From NCBI RefSeq assembly GCF_039654945.1, contig NW_027361727.1, forward strand, positions 20,708,001-20,772,000: a stretch of DNA of 64,000 bases. The letters run 5' to 3'. A program made the translations under genes and the position numbers. The notes under the pieces are model-generated. The model did not search any database, was not told the DNA's origin, and worked only from the letters and a program-made list of their open reading frames with translations. Source of the DNA: Dendrobates tinctorius. Taxonomy: Eukaryota. Positions 13,830 to 27,000 of this stretch are shown piece by piece. Position 1 is the stretch's first letter. Each line of letters opens with the position of its first letter.

Positions 13830-16800
13830 CCATTTCCAGAGTGGATATTCAGATAGTCCTTCTCTGTGGTCCTTTCCGTAAATCGGATACAAGTTAGGGT
13901 TGTGAAGGTCTCGAGGGCGGCCGTAATCAGCTCTTTATTTTCATCACCTGGAAGCACAAGGTGGGAGCAACAAATCTACAATCTGCTTCATTTTCTGCAT
14001 TGGTGACCTGCATCTGAATCATAGCAGGGTTTTCTTTGACCCAAGGGACTAGATTCCGTTTTTCTGCCATACATCAAAATACTATAACCAAAATCCCCTG
14101 ACCCATGTGGAGTGGCTTGGTGGTGCCTCAAAGTGGACATTCACCATAAAGCTCCTTTTTTGAAGCTCTGCCTTTGTACAAGATGTTAAAATGTTAATTA
14201 ATGTCCATGCTTTCTTATCTTGCAACAGTGACATCAGGATATCAAGAATAAATGTTATCACATGTCCCAACTTCATACAATACTCCCCAAAATTAATACA
14301 TTAGCATACATGGCACATCTCTGTCTGCCTAGTGCTTGGCACCAGTAGAAATATAAAGTACGGTATAAGCCTAAAAATGTATGTGCCAAGTCACTGAATA
14401 CACTGCAGTGCCCTATGCTAGGCTGCCAGTGCCCCCATTAGCAACACATCACCCCTTTCACACTTACTATAATCAGAGGCCAGACTGTAGGGCACCGTTA
14501 CCACGCCATCCGCAGATTTTTCCCACAGACAATAGGGGCACTTTATGGCACTGTACCTTGTGTCCATCACAATATCACCATGATACAATTTAACTGTGGA
14601 GTCTAAATAACAGAACAGAGCATGTGTGTGATGAAGACACAGTTCTTTCTTTATGCTGTGGAGAGAAAGGACGATAGTTACCTTTGTTGGACCTTAGTAT
14701 CTTTGTGAAAACATCGTCTATCTCCTCAGCCTCTGTGCTGGTTAACATTGGAGCTGATGGATAAAAATAAATTACATGTTATGCAAAATGCATGTAAATG
14801 CAACATTATGGCCTGTAGTGGACCCCCATTGCGGTGCCTCTTCATTAAAACAGTACCGTAACTATTTAATGTGTGACAGTATATAGGACATAACACTGTA
14901 GATTAGGAAATCACAAAGAAGGACTTTTAGAGCATATACACTACATGGACAAGAGTAAAAGGACACCTACAGATTACACTATAGGAGATTTTCATACACA
15001 GGACGAAAGGGGCTGAATGTATACATCAAAGGGCCAACAAGGTTGGATGTCATTAATAGTGATGAGCGAGTATGCTTGTTATTCGAGATTTCCGAGCATG
15101 CTCGGGTGCTCTCCGAGTATTTTGGGCGTGCTCGGAGATTTAGCAACAGGGCCAGATGTTATACAGTGGGGGCAACAAGGTCTAATGGTATACACCGGAG
15201 GTAATTGTGCTGGATGTTTTACACCAGTGGTGAGGGGCAGGATGTTATACATCGGGGGGCAATGGGCAATGATGTTATGCACTGGTGGCAATGAGGCCGG
15301 CTATTATAGACCTGGAGCAAGGGGCCGGATATTATACACTTGGGGCAACGGGGCCAGATGTTATACACCGGGGGCAACAGGGCCGGATGTTATACGCAAG
15401 GGGAAATTTGGCTTGCCGAATAGGTTTCTCTTCCAGGAAAATAGAATGGGTCCCAATATGTGTCGGCACTTAGCTAATGTGGACTATGGATGCCAAGAAC
15501 TTACCATCTGTTGTCATTCTGTTTTTTAGCTGAAAAGAAATAAAAGGTTATTAGAATAATTCTAACACCAACATTAATCTGCTCCTTGTCTTTTATAAGT
15601 AATATACTTTATGTTCTATATCATTTTATGAATTCTGCTTGCTTTCAATGATTGGAGTCCTTGGAAGAATAGAAACCTATATAAACATATAACAAGTTCC
15701 AATGCCTGGACTCAGATGTTTTTTTTAATCCACCTGATGTTACACTTGTCATCCATGTGTCCGTTTTTTATATCTGTCTGACTTCAATTTTATACATTCA
15801 CAATTAGAAAAACAAACAAAAAAAACAAATACGGTATTCTACGTCGACCATGGCAGTGAGTCCTTTAAAGGGAATCTGTCACCGGAAGTTGCAGGCCTAT
15901 GTAAATGGCTTGGGTCCGGTCCGATGGGCGGTGTTTCTTCTTTTTTTTTCCATCCCATCCGTGGCCCCCATCCGCGCTCTTCTCTGGTATTCTTCTCCAT
16001 CGTTTGCGCGTGCGCAAAGCAATCTTGATTCGCGCACGCTCAGTATGCTTTGCCCAACTGCTGGCAAAGCCGAAAATCATTACTCCGTATGCGCCGGTAC
16101 ACTATGTCCCAGAAGTATTTCGCTGTTTTCCTGGACATAGTGTATCGGCGCATCCACAGTAATGATTTTCGGCTGCCAGATTGCTTTGCGCACGCGCAAA
16201 CGATGGAGAAGAATACCGGAGAAGAGTGCGGACGGGGGCCATGGATGGGGTGGAGAAAAAAGAAGAAACACCGCCCATCGTACCAGACCCAGGCCATTTA
16301 CATAGGCCTGCAACTTCCGGTGACACATTCCCCTTAAAAATTGGTGCCATACAGATAATGGATCAGAGTAGTGAATGAAGCAGCATTTTTTTTTTAGACA
16401 TGGATCATGGTGAGTCCACTTGCACTTGAGCGTACACTCATCTGAACGAGCCCTACGTCAGTCGCAGATAATGAGGATAAGTTTTCAACCTGTGAATATA
16501 TAAAAGGAATCTTTTTGCAAACTTAAAGCAAGCAGCGGCGACATCGGCCAGAGTTCTAGGACAAAGTATCCGCGGCACTGGCAGAACTTTTCCTCCTGTC
16601 AGATCCACTTATATGTTTCCGGAGGCCTCATCAAAGTCTGCGGCTGCCGATAAGAAGCCAGAGAAAGGTGACTATGTGGTCAGCTCTTATTAACATCTGT
16701 CAGCAGCACCTGCTTGTTGATGGTTTCCATTCAGAAACTTAAAAAAAAAAAAAAAAAAACAAATAAAGACAAAACTTATGTTCATTGAGCTTACCCTATA

Positions 16801-17085
16801 TATTTTTCAACAACTTTTAAAAGGGGCACAACATTTCAAGCTTGTCCACAATGCCAAAAATTTCTAATAGGTGTTGGATCCACTTTTTCAATTTCCTTTC
16901 CCATAGAAGTGAACGGAGAGGTCCACTAGGTGGTCACAGAAAAAAAGTCCAAAAGTGGAAGCAGCAGCACCCATCAGACTGGAATATCCCTTTAAGTGCT
17001 CACATTGCTGAATGGCTTCTGTACTCACCGGAAAGACATCAGTAAATGGTAGAAGTAGGAGGCAGATGAGGACAGGACTGCGCAT
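13830..17085 (-). CDS. Astacin-family (M12A) secreted metalloendopeptidase, hatching enzyme/UVS.2-like; first five coding exons only
   Basis: Minus-strand GT-AG exons 17085-17029 (MRSPVLICLLLLPFTDVFP, signal-like), 15529-15505 (LKNRMTTD), 14753-14682 (PMLTSTEAEEIDDVFTKILRSNK), 14602-14468 (STVKLYHGDIVMDTRYSAIKCPYCLWEKSADGVVTVPYSLASDY), 13947-13830 (DENKELITAALETFTTLTCIRFTERTTEKDYLNIHSGN). Phases join without stops. GDI propeptide motif, CLW..S.DG.V.VPY and TCIRF..R....DY are astacin hallmarks. HExxH exon not found. Confidence 0.88.
15869..16333. mobile_element. Palindromic MITE with TTAA target and AGGGAATCTGTCA ends (Kolobok/T2-like)
   Basis: TTAA|AGGGAATCTGTCACC...GGTGACACATTCCCC|TTAA with inverted arms along nearly the whole length. 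Confidence 0.85.
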
Positions 17086-17784
17086 TGTTCTGTTTCTGTG
17101 TAGCAGCTGCGTCTGTCTCCTGGTATATGTACCGGCCTCACCGGCCAGCTGCCAAGGTTCCTCATCGATAAGGATGATGGGAGTCATTACTTGTGCACAA
17201 TTCTGGAAGACCTTGGTATGAATAAATATCCCGTCATCAAGGTGTTTCCATTGTTCGAGCCATTGGCTATGTTACCTGTGGTGGCATCGGGGAGATTTGG
17301 GGCTCAGAATCCCATAATTTATATATGGAGGATCATTAGATTTGTATATTTGTGCCCCCGACCCCCTTACCCCCCCACTGCCGCCTCCATCGTGGCACCC
17401 TGCAAATATCTGCTCACAAGAGTCAGGGGGGCTGTCTACGGCTGATGCATGTATTTAGGACTGAAATCTGGTTTTGCAATTCGGTTTTTATTAAAAATGT
17501 TGCTTTTTTTTTTCTCAGCACATTTAACAGTTGATGTGGCCTGCGGTCATAAATCAAGCCATAAAAGAGTTAGAATCCCTCCGATTGGATCTTCAAAATA
17601 AGCTCACTGATGGTTTCTCAGTTAACTCCTACAATAGAAAGCGCAACACGTGAGACCATAGAAGGCAGACAGAGAAAAAAAAAGTATTATTAAAACTAAT
17701 TACATAAAGTTATTTTCAGTAAAAAAATAAATAAATGTTTTCAAGGTGGACAACCCCTTAGTAAGGGCCAATAGTAGCCAAATA

Positions 17785-18057
17785 AAGACCACGCCCCCCG
17801 TTACAACCACGCCCCCTAGAAAGACATGCGCATGAGACGCCTCTGAGCGTCACTCAGTGCAGGGAACCCTCCAGGAGGCGCGTGCGCTCTTCGAGCTGTA
17901 GTTGGTTCAGGAGCCGCCAGGTGGCGCTGTGGGTTTAGCAGCATAGACGGCGCCGTGATCCGGTCTTTTCCCGCTTCCCCTCTGTCCAGTTGCTCTCTGC
18001 GCACACACTGAGGAGATTACCGTCACTGAGAGAACATCGCCGGTGTTAGATACAGAC
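17785..18057. promoter_or_regulatory. API5 CpG-rich promoter/5' UTR, inside the <1 kb divergent interval shared with the astacin gene
   Basis: Two CCACGCCCCC GC boxes (about 17789 and 17807), NRF1-like CATGCGCATG (about 17825), CTCF-like CCGCCAGGTGGCGC (17914-17927), high CpG density. Confidence 0.65.
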
Positions 18058-21000
18058 ATGCCGACCGTGGAGGAGCTGTACCGGAACTACGGGATCCTGG
18101 CCGACGCCAAGGACGACGTGAGCCAGGTAAGAACCGAAACATGGTGCTGCGGGACGTAGGCCTCTGTGTGCGGCGCTCAGGGCCAGTCTTTCGCGGCCTG
18201 TACTTTCCCTCCTCTCCTGTTTCCAGGCCTGGTCTCTCGGTGCTCGCCTCTGTGTTTCCCAGGCCCTTCTCCCGCCTTTTCCCCGGGCCTCGTCCTCTCT
18301 CTATGCTCCATAATGTGTTCTTCCTCACAGCAACCAATCACAGAGCAGCTTTCCTACGGACAGTGTAGAGTGTGGAATGAAAGCCGAGCTGTTATTGGTT
18401 GTTATGGGCAAAAACACTTTTCTTCTTTTAGGCCCCTTCATAAATCCCCCCCCATTATGTTTACATCTTGTGAAGGTTGTGTGCAATACCCGTGATTGGG
18501 GGACATGTCACCTCCACATGCTTCTTGCTATTATCCCCCCCCCCAATTGCATTTTAAATGAGATTTCAGCCGGATCGTGCAGCCCTTTAATGAGCAGTAG
18601 GCTCACAATCCTGCTGTATATGCTCAGCCGCTGTGTAACCTTTACACTTGTCACTGCGGGCCTCACACACCTGCTCTGATTTGTGGCTTCCTTTTCATGT
18701 TGATTTCTTAAGTTTTCTGTATGTACAATAATAAATTATATTGTGGTACCGTGTTAGCCAGAAAAATCAATGTGAATACTTTTCTGCCCAATGATGACAA
18801 AAGTATTCTCAGAGTGATACCTTTTATTGGCTAACCAGAAAATGTTTGCAAGCTTTCAGAGCACAGAGGCGCCTTCTTCAGGCAAATAACAAATGGATGA
18901 ATAAGAAAAAAAGCACAACATTTAAGGGATACTACAGTAGGATATTTGTTCATTAGGTGGGAGGTGTGATGCCTCCTAAAGAGAAGTCAAGGAAATCGAA
19001 TTAGCATTTTCTTATAGTGGTAAGAAAAAAGTGGTTTGGTACTGAGTTAGCAAGTAGAAAAAAAATATATAAAGTGCTCTCAGTGAGAGAAAAAAAATAG
19101 GAATCTTGTCTCAAAAGCTTGCTTTGTAACATCATTCACTATAATTTGTTAGCCATTAAAAGGTATCATACCCACAAGATTCCTATTTTGTTTCTCTCAC
19201 TGAGAGCACTTTATATATATTTTTTTTCTACTTGCTAACTCAGTACCAAACCACTTTTTTTCATCTTACAAATGGAGAGGCAGTGGGAATGATGTTCTTA
19301 GTTGACTGGAGTGAAGTGTGAACTTCCACCAGAAGGACTTCAGACATCTAAGAACATCATTCCCACTGCCTCTCCATTTGTAAGAAAATGCTAATTCGAT
19401 TTCCTTGACTTATCTTTAGGAGGCATCACACCTCCCACCTAATGAACAAATATCCTACTGTAGTATCCCTTAAATGTTGTGCTTTTTTTCTTATTAATCC
19501 ATTTATCTTGCCTGAAGAAGGAGCCTCTGTGCTCTGAAAGCTTGCAAACATATTATTTTCTCATTAGCCAATAAAGGTATCACTCTGAGAATACTTTTGT
19601 CATCATTGGGCGGAAAAGTATTCACATTAAGTTTTCTGTAGTAATTTTTATGATTTAACTTTTCCCAATCATTCTCATTTATAACATGCTATTAATGTTG
19701 ATATTGACCACCGCTGTGCCAGGTAAAAACCAAATAGGCTCATTATCAGAGTTTTCTTCCTCCTGGTTTGCATACGTTCTCAGTTTTGCTGTACAAGCCT
19801 CCAATGCAATATATATAACCACCGAGCTACTGCATGACCAGCTCTACCCTCGCCTACTGCATCCTCAGCCTTCCCCTGAAGATAGTGAGCCTTTTCGGGC
19901 AGGGTCCTCTCTCCTCATGTGCCAGTCGTGACTTGTATTGTTTAAGAATACTGTACTTGTATTTATTATGTATACCCCTCCTCACATGTAAAGCGCCATG
20001 GTATAAATGGCGCTATAATAATATATAGCCCGTCATCAGCTGCAGTGTAATACAGGAAATAAATATTATTCCTGTGTCACACTGTTCTATATTATACTGC
20101 AGCTGAAACCAAAGATTACTAGAATATATTCAATCTGCCACTCACTTCAGTTGTAATTCCTCGGGTATCTTCTTGTATGATTATAAAGATGGCCACAGTC
20201 GGCAATATTAATGCTTTACTTCCTTGAAAAGCCGCATCTGGTAACTCATTTTTGTCCGGGACCTTGCACACTCAATCAATAAAAGGAAGGATCCAGCTCA
20301 ACGAAATCGTGAAATAAATTGTGATCCTTTATTCACTGGGAAACATGCTTGATAGAGGATTAAAACATCATTATGAACAGTTGATGAAATGCGATATTGG
20401 CGCGTTTCGGTCACCAGAAACGCATCGATGTCGCGTTTCATGATCTGTTCACGCTGATGTTTTCATCCTCTATCAAGCATGTTTCCCAGTGCATAAAGGA
20501 TCACAATTTTTTTTTTACTATTTTGTTGAGCTGGATCCTTCCTTTTATTGATTGCTTCACAGCGTTTCCGTGCTCCGAACTTTAAAGATGTCTAATACGG
20601 TGTGCTGAACTTTGTTATACTCAATGCATTTATATCCTTGTAGTAGACACTTGTATAATTCTCCAATCTTCCAGAAACACTTTTCTACTATTTTAAAATG
20701 GCTTCCGTAGTGGACTGAACTGGGGCTGTCGGAGCAGATGCCCGGAGCCTGCTTGCTGGGAAGGAAACCTAGACCAGCTCCTAAACCTGGCACTATGGGG
20801 GTTATAAAGAGTCCTCTAAAGTAGAGTAATAGTTAAGAGTTTACCGAATTTTTAATACATTTATTAGAAAAAAAAAAGCTTAAAGTGGTTGTCTAGTCTT
20901 AGGGTGTGTGCACACGCTGCGGATTCTGCTGCGGTTCCGGCCGCTGCGGGTCCGCAGCAGTTTTTGCTCCGGTGTACAGTACCATGATTCCCTATGGGAA

Positions 21001-24000
21001 TGCAAAACCGCAGTGCAGACGGTGCGGATTTTTCCGCGTGGGTTTTCTGCGGTTTTGAAACCGCAGAAAGAATTGACATGTCAATTCTTTCTGCGGATTC
21101 CGCTGCGGTTTGCCATCTCCTCCATTGAGGAGATGCAAAACCGCAAGTCTTTTGACCTGCAGATTTACCTGCGGATTTTGCCAAATCCGCAGCGTGTGCA
21201 CATACCCCTTATGTTACTGAATAGGTCATCAATATATCATTGTGAGTATCAGACCCGACATCCCTACTGAATAGCTCTTTTCCTGTCCAATGGCAGCCAG
21301 ATGTAAGCGGAGGATGGAGCCAAACTGCACAGCTCTGCACTCTGCAATGGTTGTTGCTGAGAAGCATGCTTATTTTTGCTATATTTTATGCTGCGTTTCT
21401 CCTGTGACATCCCCTCTTCTACATGCCCATGGTTTGGCAGAGATCGGCATCATGTGTCAGGAAGGCTGCATATTGCTTTGTAGCTGCTGTGTTGCACATG
21501 ACAGCGGTTTCCATTGCTCCTGGATTCGGGGTCCACACTAAGCTAGAAATATCTGAGCACACAATGGTCGGCCGTGGTGCTGCACACGCAGCTGTCGGCT
21601 TATACTTGTCTGGTTTTGTTTCCCACCTAGCTTATGGCGCTTCACTTTCTGATTTGTAAAATTTGTGTGAATTAATTATGTATTTCTTCTACATTTTTCT
21701 TCATAGCACAAAGCTTCGTATCAGGTTATCCTGGATGGTGTGAAAGGAGGAGCGAAGGAGAAGAGATTGGCGGCTCAGTTCATCCCCAAATTTTTTAAAT
21801 ATTTCCCAGAGCTTTCCGATGCTGCGCTCAATGCTCAGCTGGATCTGTGTGAAGATGAGGAAGTGTCGGTAGGAAATCATCTCTTCTGTTGTTGTTGTGT
21901 TTTTGTTTTTTTTTTATCAGTCAATACAAAGTTTCATCTTTAGAATATCTTTTGCGTTAAATGAGTATTGCTGCCACTTTGCCTTAAGGTTATGAACTGT
22001 TTGAGAAACTGTGTTGGTTTTAGCTGACATTCCCCCATCGAACAACAATACTTGAGTGTCAGGTCCCCCGTGTTTGCTAGCACAAGAATACCACTACTGT
22101 AACTGTTCACCATATTTTCTTTTCTCCTTGTGTCTCTTAGATCCGACGTCAGGCTATTAAAGAACTGTCGCAGTTTGCTACTGGAGAGAACCTGCCCCGT
22201 GTGGCAGACATCCTTGCCCAGCTTTTACAGTCAGGTACGTTATAACTTTTCACTGAAGTTACATTGCAAGTTGTGAGTAAAATAACAGATGAAGTTATAG
22301 GTTACCTCTCCATACAATGCGTATGGCGTTATGGAAACAGACATGTGTTGTAGTTTATTGTGTTTGTAGTGAAAAGGACTGGAAGCTGGAGGTAATCAAG
22401 TTTAACCTTGTGATCGTAATTTTGTATTTTTTTTTTTTGCTTTTCAGACGACTCCGCTGAGTTCACATTGGTGAACAATGCTTTGTTGAGCATATTCAAG
22501 ATGGATGCAAAAGGTAATTGCACATAAGACTTTTTTTTTCTGCTCTGCTTTATGCGACCCTATAGATTTGTAAAGTAAGAGGTATAAATAAAATATACAC
22601 TTAGTTTAAAAAGCACTAATCATCAAAATAGCCCTCTTTCTTATTTAATACTAGATATAAAAACTTTTCCATGTGAAAGGCTTGCGCACAGTATATATAC
22701 CTGACTGTATGCTGAAAGTCACTGTCAGCACTACTATGGCACAGAGGGGATCTATCTGCTCTGAGTAGCGTGACCTTACAGATTATGTACGGCTGCTGCT
22801 GGGGACATGGTTTCACTTTAGTTTCCCTTGCTTCTCCATGACGCTTCTCCTTCTGTCACTATTGCTGATCTCTCTTCTGATCAGTGTGTGAAGACTCCAA
22901 TCACAGCTGTGTGGTAGAAAAACGGAGCGCTCTTGTTCTGTCTTCACATGTTCATTTTAAAATAGGTGTTAAATTCAATCGGTTTTGAATGCTTTGAAAG
23001 TCGCTGTATTGCTAAATCAAGTAAATACACACATTTGTGTGTGTATATTTTAAATAAAAGTGGCATTTTACTGATTGGGCCTCTTTGGTCAAAGCATAAT
23101 CCATTAATCATTGTTCATACACATTATGCCCAGAGTATCCACTATAGGATGGATGTATATGGCAGCATATTGTCAATTGGGCCTCGTTGGACCTTATTGT
23201 ACTTTCAGTACAGCTTTTTTTTTCTCTTGCATCATGCATTGCTCACCTTCTTGATTTTTTATTTTTTTTATTTTATATATAACTCAAATTCCTATAAGTA
23301 AGGCTTACAATTAAATTATTTTTGTAACTGGGTTTAATTAAAAAATGTGCAGCTTTTACCTTCTATAGCCGCTTGCTAGACTGTTTCTTGCTGTCCTGCA
23401 TAATGAGTTGACTGAGAACCTGTCAGTCAGCCCGCTGTGACACTCTAACAAGGGAGTTGGTAACTCTTATCGATCTTTTTGTGAGCTCCTCTCAGCTGAC
23501 TTGTGACCACAGACCACATCAAATTTGCATTTTTCAGGAAAAGGCAAATGATGTAACATTTTTATTGAAGTCCAATTTTTGGAATTATTTTTTTTTTTTA
23601 GACCGAAACACATGCATCAGAGTAAAAAAAGTCTCCCCAAAGGTGGACAAATCATTTAGGTTTAGAAGCATTATACATATTAAGATGTTTGTTTTCTGTC
23701 ATACTCAGGCACATTGGGTGGTTTGTTCAGCCAGATCCTTCAAGGAGAAGATATAGTTCGTGAGCGAGCCATTAAATTCCTTTCCTCTAAGCTGAAAACA
23801 CTTCCGGAGGATGTTATGACGAAGGAAGTGGATGACTTAATATTCTCTGAATCCAAGAAGGTAATTGTATACTCATTGGTAATAAAAGGTGTCATCTAGA
23901 GATTGGTTTATTGCAGAGAAGTCATCTGTGCACGATGGGGGACAGTGGTCAGTTGCTCATTTTGGAACATCTTTGCAATATACCAACAATGTCTATCCTG

Positions 24001-27000
24001 AGACATTACTATGTTGTGCCTCGCAATGAGAATGCATCGACCTGTGCGACTTGGTATTCCACAGCTGTGACTATTATTAATTACGTCTTGTCCCTTAGGT
24101 TCTGTATGACGTCACTGGAGAAGAATTCGTCCTGTTTATGAAAATTCTTTCTTCGTTGAAAAACCTCCAGACTGTCAGCGGCAGACAGCAGCTGGTGGAT
24201 TTAGTGTCTGAACAGGCAGGACTCCAGCAGACACCGCTCAATCCCGCAGACCCTGACTCTGTGGATCGCCTACTCCAGTGTATGCGCCAGGCAGTGCCGC
24301 TGTTTTCAGTAAGTGCGCTGCTGTGCCCAACAGGTTTTCTGACTTCCTGATGAGTATCTCTGCAATTAATAATTCCGACTTTCCCTTTGTAGAAAAACGT
24401 TCACTCCACAAAGTTTGTGACCCATTTCTGTGAGCATGTTCTACCAATCCTGAGCACCCTGACCAGTCCAGCCGAGGGCATCGATGTCCAGTTGGAGGTA
24501 AGTACTAACTCCAGTGATTGGCTGTAGTCAATTCTGTCTAGATTGCAGTGTAAAGTGAAGTGTGCCCTTTATAATTATGGAATGTTTGTTTGTTTTTTTT
24601 TCTTAAGGTATTGAAGCTCTTGGCTGAGATGAGTTCCTTCTGTGGAGACATGGACAAACTAGAATCGAACTTGAACAAGCTTTTTGAGAAGTTGCTGGTA
24701 TGTACTTAAAGTCCTCTTTACGCAAGAGGGTCTCTTCTATACCTTTTTTTTCTAATTTTTTTCGCTTCCTTTTCTAAAAGACATTGAGTTTAGGACTTTA
24801 CTGACCTTAATGGCCAATGGCTGCCCGATTTCAAAAAAAATTATTTGTATTGCACGAACATATTCCACAGCAATTTTACAATTAAGCAAATGAAAGTAAA
24901 AGGTACAAAACAGACAAAAGAAAAAGGAGTTTACAATATAGGTGAAAGAGTTTAGAATCTGCACATAGTCCATAGAAGCTGAAGTATTTTATTTGAGTCA
25001 TTGGGAATGGAGGATGTCCGTAATTTAATTCTCATGGTGTTTAAAAATTCCCTGTGTTTTTTTTTTTTTTGTTTTTTTTTTTATATATTGGGGATTATGT
25101 GTCTCTTCAGACGTTCTGCTATGACTGTATATAAAAATAAAGGATTAAAAACATTGTCATAAAGTCAAAGGGAAAAATAAATAGTTCTACTCTGAGGTAT
25201 AAGGACCAGACAAAAGACAGGACTCTTGAAATCAAATTTGTCCCTTCTTTGTTCTTTACACCTTTTTAAATTTATTTCCAGGAGTACATGCCTCTTCCAC
25301 CCGAAGAAGTAGAAAATGGGGAGAACTCTGCAAATGAAGAGCCCAAACTTCAGTTTAGTTATGTTGAATGCTTACTCTTCAGCTTCCATCAGCTTGGAAG
25401 GAAAATGCCCGACTTTCTGATCGGCAAAGTCAATGCAGAGAAACTGAAAGACTTCAAAATCCGGTCAGTTTTGAATCACAAGATGGGTCTGAATTTAGAA
25501 AGTTAAAGTGGGGGATGTCACCTTTTCTAATGGAAATGTTTGCTTTGCAGGCTACAGTACTTCGCCAGAGGACTCCAGGTCTACATCAGGCAGCTCCGCT
25601 TGGCTCTGCAGGGCAAAACTGGAGACTCACTAAAAACAGAAGAGGTGATTTTTGTTTCTTGCAAACTTGTATGGTTGTCTCCCTTAATAATTACTAATAA
25701 ATTGACAAATTATCCTGATTCCCCCTTTGAAAATTGTATCCATGTCCTCATACCTTGTCTATTATGTTCTTATCTTTGCAGAACAAGATCAAAGTGGTAG
25801 CCCTAAAAATAACAAACAATATTAATGTGCTGATCAAGGTAAGCCTATGATCCTGTTGATTATATATGCAGATCATTGTTCTTCAGAACTGCTTATGCAT
25901 CATTTTACTATATTTTAATTGCATGAAAGCAAAGAAAAAAATGCCATTAGACCCTTGCTAGAAACCGAAAGATTTAAAAAAAATTTCTGCCATCTGAGCT
26001 TTGTCACATGTCCTTATAATTGAATGTATTCCCTTAGGATCTGTTCCATAACCCTCCATCCTATAAGAGCACGGTGACTTTGTCTTGGAAGCCAGTCCAG
26101 AAGACAGAATTCGGGTGGGTATGACAGTGACTGGCTGTTTTATTTTTATTGATTTTCTTTGTATCTTTGGCTATAAGTAGTGCACCTTATTCTTCATGTT
26201 AGACTACATTGCTGTATGCCCGTATCTCCGTCACAGTTCTACTGCCATGATGGCGAACAATGTAGTTCTGTGTGGTTTTTTTTCATATGCAAGCACCAAC
26301 TAGTAAAAAAACCAAGCATCCTTGTTTTATTTGGTATCTCTTGCTGGTGATGATGGCAGTCGCACTGCACGAATGATGCTTAGTCTTCTGTACATAGTGT
26401 TCTAAAGGCTGGATATAATCTAATCGTTGCCCGTGGCATAATATCTGGGTGCCAAAACGAGGGTATCTATATATCTTGTTGGCACCCGCAGTGTCAGATC
26501 TCACCTGAGTGATGGCGACATGGGATCCCATACTATTTTGTTAACTCCTATTTGTCTTTAGATTCTACACTCCGATATGTGAGGTTTTAAAGTATTTTCT
26601 ACCTTTTTCAGACAAAAGAGGTCAAGTGAAGACACTTCATCTAGTTCCCCGCCGAAAAAAATAATTGCAGGACCAAAGAGAGATTCCAGACAGATCTACA
26701 ATCCTCCTAGTGGAAAATACAGTGGAAGCCTGGGAAACTTCTCTTATGGTGAGTATCATTTATCAACATGTGATGTGTATACAGCCAGCTCTTGCACTTA
26801 AATGACCCTTCACCAGGTGAAATTGGCCAGTTTTTACTCTTTCTTCCCTCTGCTCCACCGTACAGTTATGGTCCTTTGTATTTAGTGCTACTTTTGATGA
26901 ACTTTGCCAAGGGGTTACAGGTTAATAATGCAGAGCAGCCTAAAGAGACACCCCTGAGGATCCTGTGCACCATGTCTTCTTTAACACTATGTGAAACGAC

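Noticed and set aside
16592-16668. Possible plus-strand exon (good acceptor and AAG/GTGACT donor) antisense to the astacin gene
   Set aside because: No recognisable product and no partner exons can be supported; such sites occur by chance.
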